From Alphaproteobacteria bacterium (GTDB lineage Bacteria > Pseudomonadota > Alphaproteobacteria > Rs-D84), in NCBI GenBank assembly GCA_017534945.1, contig JAFXVB010000013.1, forward strand, positions 10,640-74,639: a stretch of DNA of 64,000 nucleotides. The letters are read 5' to 3'. Positions 47,982 to 55,619 of the stretch are shown in pieces. Position 1 is the stretch's first letter. The number at the start of each line of letters is the position of its first letter. The notes under the pieces were generated by a model, which was not told the origin of the DNA, made no database searches, and was given only the letters and a program-made list of their open reading frames with translations. Both the position numbers and the translations under genes were made by a program.

Positions 47982-48200
47982 TTATTTCCACGTTCGACAT
48001 TGTGTTAATGCCAATCCGCGGTGTAATAACGCGCACAGTATATCTGGCGGAATCGGTTGTTTTCCTAATTCATATTTGCGTAAATTAGCGGTGGTTGTTT
48101 TTAATAATTGCGCAGCGGTTGCCGTACTCATATTCAAAGACCTGCGTGCGCGTCGCAACTGTTCACCATAATGACGTGTATCAACCAAAACAATAGACAT
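47982..48200 (-). CDS. XRE-family helix-turn-helix protein (72 aa)
   Basis: GEQLRRARRSLNMSTATAAQLLKTTTANLRKYELGKQ matches the HTH_XRE pattern. Strong AAGGAGG SD. Confidence 0.75.
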   Translation of the reverse strand: MSIVLVDTRHYGEQLRRARRSLNMSTATAAQLLKTTTANLRKYELGKQPIPPDILCALLHRGLALTQCRTWK

Positions 48201-48220
48201 CTCTTATACCTCCTTTTAAT

Positions 48221-48411
48221 AAAAATACCGCGAACAAAAGCGCGGTTGGAGGCAAGAAAACTACTAAACAATAAAAGTAGTGTCGCTTATTATGAATATT
48301 CACGACCCTCCAACCGAGTTGTTGGAGTTATTGTTTAAAGGGTTTTCTTGTCCCCACACTGGCAACACGCCAATGCAAAGCCATTTTAACTCAACCAATC
48401 CTAATTTGCAA
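48221..48411 (-). promoter_or_regulatory. putative promoter plus attenuator-like leader of the XRE gene
   Basis: TTGCAA (48411-48406), 17 nt, TAAAAT (48388-48383). Competing stems are CTCCAAC (48327-21), GGTTGGAGG (48315-07) and CCTCCAACC (48252-44). The terminator is ACCGCG-N8-CGCGGT plus a U-rich tract (48246-48221). Confidence 0.45.
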
Positions 48412-48425
48412 ATTATTTTTAATTA

Positions 48426-48489
48426 TTCATTATTTGAACTTTGCACTTTGAACTCTGGAATCCGGCTCTGCTTTGCAGAGCTGGATTCC
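48426..48489 (+). repeat. heptad-repeat element copy 3: array 48426-48458 plus 14-bp-stem hairpin 48457-48489
   Basis: TTCATTAT TTGAACT TTGCACT TTGAACT CTGG, then GGAATCCGGCTCTG-CTTTG-CAGAGCTGGATTCC (one G-T pair). Confidence 0.8.
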
Positions 48490-48561
48490 TAGGTTGACAT
48501 ACGGATACAAATATCCCCACATGCGGATTATAATATTTGCATACAACCAAAGGAAAAAAAT

Positions 48562-48756
48562 ATGATTCAGAAAAAGAAAAACACATGGCATAAAAACAAA
48601 ACCGCACCAAAAAAAACAATGAATAAAGCTGAACGCCAGGTGGCCGAGGCTAAACATTGGGTCGTATCCCGGGCAAAACTAGTAAAAATTATGGAAGCCG
48701 CAGGCATGACCCCCGAAAAACCAACAATGATGTTGCCACGCAATCACGACAGGTAA
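48562..48756 (+). CDS. hypothetical small basic protein (64 aa)
   Basis: AAAGGA SD and a Lys-rich N-terminus. No recognisable motif. Confidence 0.4.
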   Translation: MIQKKKNTWHKNKTAPKKTMNKAERQVAEAKHWVVSRAKLVKIMEAAGMTPEKPTMMLPRNHDR

Positions 48757-48765
48757 ACAAAATAA

Positions 48766-48789
48766 CCGCCAACAATTACTTGTTGGCGG
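48766..48789. terminator. 10-bp-stem hairpin between convergent small genes
   Basis: CCGCCAACAA-TTAC-TTGTTGGCGG. On the minus strand it is followed by TTATTTTGTTT. Confidence 0.65.
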
Positions 48790-48823
48790 CTTCTCCTCTC
48801 CTTCCGGGATACCGGAAACTGTT

Positions 48824-49156
48824 TTATGCGGCTCTGACATGCTTTTCAGCATTTTCAGTGTCGTTATCCATAATTTTCTTTGCCTCACTAAACACCATTT
48901 CTTTGACTTTCAACGCCAAATCATGTGTTTCCAATGTTTCTGCTGCAACATCAAAATTATCTGTTCTGATTTGCAGTGATACATATGCGCCGACCAGTGA
49001 TGTCCGCGGCAAATCTTCAATAGAACGTGGCGCATTGTTATGACCAATGTGCAATTCATCGCTAAGCGATATTATTTGTCTATCTTGATTTACCCAAACA
49101 GTGGTATTTAAAACCTGATCCAACGCAATCATTATTTGTTTAATATTTTTTTGCAT
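48824..49156 (-). CDS. hypothetical protein (110 aa)
   Basis: Strong AAGGAGGG SD 9 nt upstream. Acidic, soluble, with no recognisable motif. Confidence 0.5.
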   Translation of the reverse strand: MQKNIKQIMIALDQVLNTTVWVNQDRQIISLSDELHIGHNNAPRSIEDLPRTSLVGAYVSLQIRTDNFDVAAETLETHDLALKVKEMVFSEAKKIMDNDTENAEKHVRAA

Positions 49157-49431
49157 TGTGTGGGTCCCTCCTTTCTGGGCTTTTTTAGATGGTTAAAATC
49201 TGTATTTACATAAGTATTTACAAATTTCGAACCAACGTTTGGTTGTTTTTATTGATTTTTGCCAGAAAACCGAGGCTTTCAGGCGTTTTGAAACTCTTTC
49301 CCCATGTCTATACAAACATCTTAGAACAAAAACGAATCGCAGGTCAAGAGAAAAATATAATTATTTTAAAAATATTTTAAAAAAGTTAAATTTGTCTTAT
49401 AAAACCATAAAATCCCATAATTTGATTATGA

Positions 49432-49467
49432 ATTGTCATTGACAATCAAAAATATAGTTGCTACACT
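49432..49467 (+). promoter_or_regulatory. sigma-70-type promoter of mraZ with overlapping palindrome
   Basis: TTGACA (49439-44), 17 nt, TACACT (49462-67). The palindrome ATTGTCA-T-TGACAAT (49432-46) covers the -35. Confidence 0.5.
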
Positions 49468-49520
49468 ATTTGCAAAGTTAGGTTCGGTGTCGATAAAACA
49501 CACCAAAATACAGGGTAAAA

Positions 49521-49964
49521 ATGTCTTTATTTCTCTCATCTTATGAAAATCGTCTGGATGCCAAGGGCCGTATTTCGGTTCCGGCATCTTTTCGTGCTTC
49601 ATTAAATAATGAAAAGTTTGCCGGTGTTGTTTTATATCGTTCTTTCACAAATAAATGTATCGAAGGGTTGTCGATGTCCCGCATGGAAACTTTGGCGGCG
49701 GCGACTGATAAAATGGGTGTTTTTGATAATACCTTGGACGATTTATCGGCTTGTGTTTTTGCAGATGCGCGTCCATTACAATTTGATGTGACGGGTCGTA
49801 TTGTAATACCGGACGATTTATTAAAACATGCGGGCATTACGGATACGGCATTATTTGTTGGACGGGGAAATTCTTTCCAAATTTGGAATCCAAATGCGTT
49901 TTATGCAATTCAAGAAAAATCATTGGAAAACCTGCGTGCTGCGCGTCCAAATTTAATTATATAA
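49521..49964 (+). CDS. mraZ: transcriptional regulator MraZ
   Basis: Two SpoVT/AbrB-like repeats (LDAKGRISVPASFR and DVTGRIVIPDDL). Confidence 0.93.
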   Translation: MSLFLSSYENRLDAKGRISVPASFRASLNNEKFAGVVLYRSFTNKCIEGLSMSRMETLAAATDKMGVFDNTLDDLSACVFADARPLQFDVTGRIVIPDDLLKHAGITDTALFVGRGNSFQIWNPNAFYAIQEKSLENLRAARPNLII

Positions 49965-49996
49965 AAAATTCATTTATTCAAAAAAGATAATTAAAA

Positions 49997-50022
49997 TAAA
50001 AACCCCGCTTTTGCGGGGCTTT
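49997..50022. terminator. bidirectional terminator
   Basis: AAAAACCCCGC-TTTT-GCGGGGCTTTT between mraZ (+) and the 749-aa gene (-). Confidence 0.85.
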
Positions 50023-50025
50023 TGA

Positions 50026-52275
50026 TTATAATCCACATGTATTATTGTTGTTTACATTCTTGGAACATGTATTATTACTCCACTTACACACATTTGTTCC
50101 CAACTTACCTGTCCCAGAAACAACGCAATATGCTCTTGCACTGTCGCAATCTTCTTCTTCTGTAAATGTTGAACAGAAAGACCTCACTTCTGTATCACTG
50201 TTAAGGGTTTCTAAACTACCATAATTACCAGCAACCCAGTTTTGTAATGTCGGTGACGATACAGTGCCATAAATATTACCGTTCACAGACAAACATGTTT
50301 TGATTTGTGAATAGCAAGCATTAATTGCGGTTCTGCTCTTTGTGTTTGTTGGGTTTGCAGAATCAAAATTGTTTGAAGACAAACAGCTGGACACATCACT
50401 TATGCAATTTTCTGCATATGATGCCAACATTTCGTCTTGTGCTGTTTTGATTTGCACCAACGCGCGTTGCATGAACTGTTTTATAACATCGTTTTCCGGA
50501 TTATATTTACCCTTGGAATCGTATGTATAATCTTGGCATTTATTCAACACAGACACGCACATACCATAATCTTTATTTGCCTTGCTGTCATGATATCCAA
50601 TCTTGCTTTGCAAATACGCAGACATTTTATCCGAAGACCCCTGGGCTGCCGCCGCTTTCACAGTTTGTTCTATGTAATTAACCAATGAAATATAACCTTG
50701 GGTATTGCCGTTTTGTGCTTCGGTATAACCGCTCTTTGTGTACCATGGATTGCGTTTATCTGTGGATGACACATCCCATGTACTGAACAAATTATCATGT
50801 GAATATGTTTGTGATATTGTTGTATTGGTACCTTCGGTATTATTACCCGGCATACTGCCCACAACAACATTTCCATCCACGATAAATTGACCGGTTGGAT
50901 CAAGGCACTTTTCATAACCATTTCCGCAAACATAATCATCTTGCATGCATGATTCCAACGCACTGACGCAACCACGCAAATCATAAGAATTCTTGCTTTG
51001 TGCAACCATCAAACGTGCTTTTTTCAAAACTTCTTTTGCATTTGCAACAGTTTGTGTCATTTGTTTATTAGATTCTGTCAAAGCGCGTTCGTACGCCAAA
51101 CAAGATTTATCAATTTCCAAATCGTATGAATTTGTGACAACCGCCGCATCAACGCCTTGGGTTGTACAAGAATTCAAAACCGATGCCTTGCAACGCGCGG
51201 TCGCAGTTTTATATAAACTTTCACCGCGTTGATTTGAAATACTATTTGTGTTTGAACCACCCACATTCATAAAACTGGACAAATCAAATCCGGTATTATC
51301 CATATCAAAATTCAAAAGTCCCGATAAATCAAAATTCATAGCACTGCTTTCTGTTGCAGATGCAGACCCCGATTTAACATCAACAACCATACGTCTTACT
51401 TTGTCCAAACTTGAACGAATAGAAGAGTTATCCTTGGAATCCTTCATTGTCAATTCTGCTTCGGTTTCTGTGAACAAAGTTGTTATTTGATCCGCGGGCA
51501 AACCGATGTATTGAATACTGCGTGCGACATCTTGTAATGCCTCTGTTGCAGATGCCAAAGCCGCTTCTGTTTTTTCATAGTTGGCAATGTTTTTGGAACA
51601 TGTGCAACGTCCTTGGTTATCGTCCAACACATTACAATAATTATCCATACACGAAGCATATTGAGCCTGGCAATATTCGGTCAAAGTCTTCATTGTATTC
51701 ATTTCTGTTGTTGTATCAATTGCGGTTTCTGCGGTTGTCACCGGTGTTGTCGTTGCCGGCGTAACCCCCGACGCGGCACGCATAGAACTGCGTGATAACA
51801 CAGATGCGCGTGCGCCACTGCGTGTATTTGCATTATACAAAGAACCCGATGTTGAACCCAATGTTGCCGCGCGTGCCGTCACGCCTGGGCGTGCATTTGA
51901 TTGAACTGTGTCTGCCTTGCGTGTTGTCACAGATGTCGTCCGCACAGGTGTTGTGGTATTGCGTACAGAAATATTGCGTGAACGAACCGCATTCGAACGG
52001 GTCGGTTGTGTCCGTGTATTGCGTGTGGTGCTTGTACGTGCCGATGCAATACGACCGGTTGTTCCAATATTGCGCCCGGAATTACTTGGCTGTGTCTTTG
52101 TCGCACTTGTATCCTGTGCTGGTTCTGCCTCGTTTTCCACTTCTATGGTGCCGGTATCGACTTCGCCCAATTCGACATCAGAAAATACTGTGTCATCATC
52201 GTAATACGACGGTACAACTTCGGCAAATGCCGGTAAAACCAACAGGCTGCTAAGTACAACGACTAATCTTTTCAT
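50026..52275 (-). CDS. secreted protein: signal peptide, acidic stretch, Thr/Arg/Ser-rich low-complexity region, large Cys-rich C-terminal region (749 aa from the ATG at 52275)
   Basis: MKRLVVVLSSLLVLPAFA-EVVPSYY..., then TSTTRNTRTQPTRSNAVRSRNISVRNTTTPVRTTSVTTRK. More than 30 Cys follow in recurring C-x6-9-C pairs (YCQAQYASCMDNYCN..GRCTC). No family recognised. Confidence 0.7.
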   Translation of the reverse strand: MKRLVVVLSSLLVLPAFAEVVPSYYDDDTVFSDVELGEVDTGTIEVENEAEPAQDTSATKTQPSNSGRNIGTTGRIASARTSTTRNTRTQPTRSNAVRSRNISVRNTTTPVRTTSVTTRKADTVQSNARPGVTARAATLGSTSGSLYNANTRSGARASVLSRSSMRAASGVTPATTTPVTTAETAIDTTTEMNTMKTLTEYCQAQYASCMDNYCNVLDDNQGRCTCSKNIANYEKTEAALASATEALQDVARSIQYIGLPADQITTLFTETEAELTMKDSKDNSSIRSSLDKVRRMVVDVKSGSASATESSAMNFDLSGLLNFDMDNTGFDLSSFMNVGGSNTNSISNQRGESLYKTATARCKASVLNSCTTQGVDAAVVTNSYDLEIDKSCLAYERALTESNKQMTQTVANAKEVLKKARLMVAQSKNSYDLRGCVSALESCMQDDYVCGNGYEKCLDPTGQFIVDGNVVVGSMPGNNTEGTNTTISQTYSHDNLFSTWDVSSTDKRNPWYTKSGYTEAQNGNTQGYISLVNYIEQTVKAAAAQGSSDKMSAYLQSKIGYHDSKANKDYGMCVSVLNKCQDYTYDSKGKYNPENDVIKQFMQRALVQIKTAQDEMLASYAENCISDVSSCLSSNNFDSANPTNTKSRTAINACYSQIKTCLSVNGNIYGTVSSPTLQNWVAGNYGSLETLNSDTEVRSFCSTFTEEEDCDSARAYCVVSGTGKLGTNVCKWSNNTCSKNVNNNNTCGL

Positions 52276-52395
52276 GTGAAACACTCCTACTTTTACAACT
52301 ATTTTATCATATTTTACGACATAAAACAAATAAAAAAATATGGCAAAAATAATATTTTGCCTTTAAAAAATCAAAATCGAATTGAAAACAGAATT

Positions 52396-52731
52396 TTAAT
52401 GATGTGCGACTATGTGCAAAATAACACTAACGATAAACAACACAGACACAACCCCCAATATTATTTTCTGGGGTTTATGATTTTCATTTTTGCTGTGGCA
52501 TACATCACAACCGCAATGACAATCGCGTATAACCAATAACCATGATAATCCTAACATCAATGCAGAAAACACAAACAACCATGGTTCAATCCATTCCGGC
52601 ATAAAATAGGACGAGTGTGCGATTTCCGGCGTAAACAAACCGATAATCGACAAAACAATTGGCAACACACAGCAAAACAGGTGCGGCAACACACTTGCAA
52701 TAATTCCAATTTTAATAGCTTTGTTTTTCAT
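52396..52731 (-). CDS. small Cys/His-rich membrane protein (MerC-like?), 111 aa
   Basis: 3-4 TM segments, PHLFCCVLP in TM1, a CHCGCDVCH cluster and a C-terminal HIVAHH. The MerC resemblance is an impression only. Confidence 0.5.
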   Translation of the reverse strand: MKNKAIKIGIIASVLPHLFCCVLPIVLSIIGLFTPEIAHSSYFMPEWIEPWLFVFSALMLGLSWLLVIRDCHCGCDVCHSKNENHKPQKIILGVVSVLFIVSVILHIVAHH

Positions 52732-52797
52732 ATCAATTATTCCTCGACTGAACTCTTACTGTGGCGCCTGCGCCACGAAGCGCCTTTTGGTGCGAAG

Positions 52798-52817
52798 TGG
52801 CGTCCCCAGCAGGAATC
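52798..52817 (-). repeat. 20-nt exact duplicate of the 3' end of tRNA-Arg (att-like direct repeat)
   Basis: TGGCGTCCCCAGCAGGAATC at 52798-52817 is identical to 52991-53010, which is the T-arm 3' half, acceptor 3' strand and CCA of the tRNA. Confidence 0.85.
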
Positions 52818-52990
52818 CCTCGGTCGGCTTTGCCGGCACTGCGGGGCATTCGTTAGCACTCTAACTTCGCGTTGCTCGTTTTCGTTTACTCATTGTCGAA
52901 CCGGGCAAACTGCGTTTGCCAAAGGTATCGTTTCTAACACTGGCAACGATAAATTAAATTTTCACACCTGTGGTATGAAACTTTAATTTA

Positions 52991-53066
52991 TGGCGTCCCC
53001 AGCAGGAATCGAACCTGCATCAGAGGTTTAGGAAACCCCCGTTCTATCCAATTGAACTATGGGGAC
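52991..53066 (-). tRNA. tRNA-Arg (anticodon CCT)
   Basis: Hand-folded 76-nt cloverleaf. Acceptor GTCCCCA/TGGGGAC, D-arm GTTC/GAAC, anticodon loop TTCCTAA, T-arm GCAGG-TTCGATT-CCTGC, encoded CCA. Confidence 0.92.
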
Positions 53067-53131
53067 GAACTTGTAATATTTTAATCGAATAAAAAATAAA
53101 ATCAACCACGCGGACAAAAAACAAATAAATG

Positions 53132-53159
53132 TTGATTTTTTTATATGTGCCTGTATAAT
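53132..53159 (+). promoter_or_regulatory. putative sigma-70 promoter of ihfA
   Basis: TTGATT (53132-37), 16 nt, TATAAT (53154-59). Confidence 0.4.
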
Positions 53160-53190
53160 AAATCCCAGAAAAAACAAAGGGAAATTTGAA

Positions 53191-53481
53191 ATGGCAACAA
53201 TAACAAGAAATGATTTGGCATCTCGTTTGCGTGATAAATTTGGTTTAACCGCAACCGACGCATACAAAATGATTGATATTATTTTTGAAGAAATCGGTGA
53301 TTCTTTGGTCAATGGCGAAGATGTAAAGTTTTCCGGTTTTGGGACTTTCAAGATTTTAACAAAATCTGCGCGTATTGGTCGTAATCCAAAAACTGGTGTT
53401 CCGGCGGTGATTTCTGCGCGTCGCGTTGCCGCATTTCGCCCAAGTACCGAATTTCGCACCCGCGTTGGAAATAAAGATTAA
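53191..53481 (+). CDS. ihfA: integration host factor subunit alpha (HU/IHF family)
   Basis: GFGTF...RIGRNPKTGVPAVISARRVAAFRPS. The C-terminal pattern is closer to IHF-alpha than to IHF-beta. Confidence 0.85.
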   Translation: MATITRNDLASRLRDKFGLTATDAYKMIDIIFEEIGDSLVNGEDVKFSGFGTFKILTKSARIGRNPKTGVPAVISARRVAAFRPSTEFRTRVGNKD

Positions 53482-53487
53482 AAATAT

Positions 53488-53510
53488 ACCGCCCGTTCGG
53501 GCGGTTTTTT
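53488..53510 (+). terminator. ihfA terminator
   Basis: ACCGCCC-GTTC-GGGCGGT followed by T6. Confidence 0.85.
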
Positions 53511-53570
53511 CAAAATTTAAATTGTTAATGTATCAAACAAGATTTTATCGTTTTATAATTCATTTTATAA

Positions 53571-53636
53571 TTCATTATTTGAACTTTGCACTTTGAACTT
53601 TGGACTCTGGTAAAAAATCCTGATGGATTTTTTACC
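53571..53636 (+). repeat. heptad-repeat element copy 4: array 53571-53610 plus 12-bp-stem hairpin 53609-53636
   Basis: TTCATTAT TTGAACT TTGCACT TTGAACT TTGGACT CTGG, then GGTAAAAAATCC-TGAT-GGATTTTTTACC. The 3' arm overlaps the stop codon of the M13 peptidase gene. Confidence 0.8.
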
Positions 53637-55611
53637 AAATCTTTACCCGTTTTTCTGGGGCGACATACATTTTATTATCTTTTGTCACACCAAATGCATC
53701 ATACCATGCGTCAATATGTGGCAAAATTCCATTTACGCGCCAACGTTCCAAAGAATGTTCGTTTGTCTTGGTTTGTTTTAATAATGCTTCGTCGCGAATA
53801 TTACTTGCCCAATTCATAGCATATGCGATAAAGAATCTTTGCGCATCGTTAAAACCATCTGCAACTTCGCTACGATTTCCAAAATTAGTGTATGCAGTCC
53901 ATGCGACTGTTATTCCGCCATAATCAGCAAGGTTTTCACCCAATGTAAATTCGCCGTTTGCGTGGACATTTGGCGCAACAATGATGTTATTGAAAAAATC
54001 CCGCATAACATTCGCGCGCGTGGTAAAAGATTTTGCGTCTTTTTCAGTCCACCAATCGCGCATATTGCCGTCTTTGTCAAAATGGCGACCACTGTCATCA
54101 AAACCGTGCGTCATTTCATGCCCGATAATAACACCAATCGAACCATAATTGAATGCATCATCAGCCGCCATATCAAAGAACGGATATTCCAAAATCCCTG
54201 CTGGAAAACAAATTTCATTTGTTGATGGATCATAATATGCGTTAACTTCGTGTGCGTTCATAAACCATATATTTGGATCTTTGCGTTTGCCGATTTTATC
54301 CAACCAAAATCTATCTTCGAACTTTGCGACACGCACCATATTGTCATATAAAGAATCGTCTTTGATTTCCAATTTGGAATAATCGCGCCAAACATCTGGA
54401 TAGCCAATTTTTGCGTGGAAAGTTTCTAATTTTTCCAATGCTTGTTTTTTTGTATCGTCACTCATCCACTCTAAATTTTGAATGCGCATTTTTAACGCGG
54501 ATTGCAAATTTTTAACCAAATTTTGCATACGTTTTTTTGCGGCTTCTGGGAAATATTTTTTAGAAAATTCTTTTCCAACTTCTTCACCTAATGACCCGTC
54601 CAGTATAGATACGGCGCGTTTCCAACGCGGTTTCTTTTTGTTTTGACCGGTCATCACTTGGGTAAATTCAAATGCGATATCGTATGTTTTATCGTCTAAA
54701 AATCCATCCGCAGAACTTATCAAAAACCATTTCAAATAATTTTTTAATAATTCCAAATCTGTGTCGTTCATAATTTTAATAGATTCTTGTAATGCTTCTG
54801 GTTGTGCTATATCAACAAATTCTGGTGAAATATTGCGTGTGGCAAAATATTTATCCCAATTGAATCCAGAAAATTCTTTTTTCAATTCATCAATTGATTT
54901 TTTGTGATAATTCGCCAACGGGTCACGCAATTTTTCTTTTTTATAAAAAGATTTTGCCATACGTTTTTCTAAATCAAAGATTTTGTTTGTGTCTGCAGAA
55001 ATTCCAAAGTTTGCCAATTGTTTTTGCATATATTCAATATATTTTTTGCGGATTTCTTTTGATTTATCATCATCATCAAAATAATAATCGCGTGACAAAC
55101 CAATGCCGCCTTGGGTAATATTATATAAATAATGTTCACTGTCTTTTTCATCCAATGCAACACCATCACTAAAAAATCCACCACTGAAAGAATGATTGTG
55201 TCCAAGGAACGCTGGCAATTCATCACGTGATTTTATCGCATCAATTTCTGCAATATATTTAGCCACAGGCGCAACCCCATCCGTATTTAATTTTTTTTCA
55301 TCCATTGCAATTTTGTATAGTTTGCCAACTTTGCCTTTGTCGTGTTCTGCAATTTCGCGCACGCGTTCCAGATTAGTATTTGCCAAGATGTCAAATGCGC
55401 CATACCTTACATAATCATCAGGAATTGGATTTGCATTGCGCCAACCGCGTGTGGCAAAATCATAAAAATCATCACCCGCCACCACAGTCATATCCATATC
55501 TTTCGCATTTATACCCGTTGTCATTTTTTTCTCCTTTTGTTCATAAATAGCCACGCCAAAAGCAATTAATACGGCAAAAATTCCAATGATATTTAATAAA
55601 GTGTGCTTCAT
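53632..55611 (-). CDS. M13-family zinc metallopeptidase (PepO/neprilysin-like)
   Basis: HEMTHGFD (HExxH) and ENLADYGG motifs, and an N-terminal membrane anchor. Confidence 0.9.
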   Translation of the reverse strand: MKHTLLNIIGIFAVLIAFGVAIYEQKEKKMTTGINAKDMDMTVVAGDDFYDFATRGWRNANPIPDDYVRYGAFDILANTNLERVREIAEHDKGKVGKLYKIAMDEKKLNTDGVAPVAKYIAEIDAIKSRDELPAFLGHNHSFSGGFFSDGVALDEKDSEHYLYNITQGGIGLSRDYYFDDDDKSKEIRKKYIEYMQKQLANFGISADTNKIFDLEKRMAKSFYKKEKLRDPLANYHKKSIDELKKEFSGFNWDKYFATRNISPEFVDIAQPEALQESIKIMNDTDLELLKNYLKWFLISSADGFLDDKTYDIAFEFTQVMTGQNKKKPRWKRAVSILDGSLGEEVGKEFSKKYFPEAAKKRMQNLVKNLQSALKMRIQNLEWMSDDTKKQALEKLETFHAKIGYPDVWRDYSKLEIKDDSLYDNMVRVAKFEDRFWLDKIGKRKDPNIWFMNAHEVNAYYDPSTNEICFPAGILEYPFFDMAADDAFNYGSIGVIIGHEMTHGFDDSGRHFDKDGNMRDWWTEKDAKSFTTRANVMRDFFNNIIVAPNVHANGEFTLGENLADYGGITVAWTAYTNFGNRSEVADGFNDAQRFFIAYAMNWASNIRDEALLKQTKTNEHSLERWRVNGILPHIDAWYDAFGVTKDNKMYVAPEKRVKIW

Positions 55612-55619
55612 TTTTTTTC

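Noticed and set aside
51480-52253. Several plus-strand ORFs (51480..51764, 51792..52253, 51908..52204, 52006..52236)
   Set aside because: They are antisense to the Thr/Arg-rich low-complexity part of the 749-aa secreted protein gene and overlap each other in different frames.
52741-52990. Possibility that the GC-rich segment next to tRNA-Arg is a tmRNA (one-piece or permuted) or a second tRNA
   Set aside because: The CCA-terminated fragment needs a 5' partner GTCCCCA, which exists only in the tRNA-Arg itself. It has no G-U alanine identity pair, no plausible tag reading frame ending in AA and no T-arm. It is better explained as a duplicated att core.
53028-53459. 143-aa minus-strand ORF
   Set aside because: It overlaps tRNA-Arg and is antisense to the well-supported ihfA gene.
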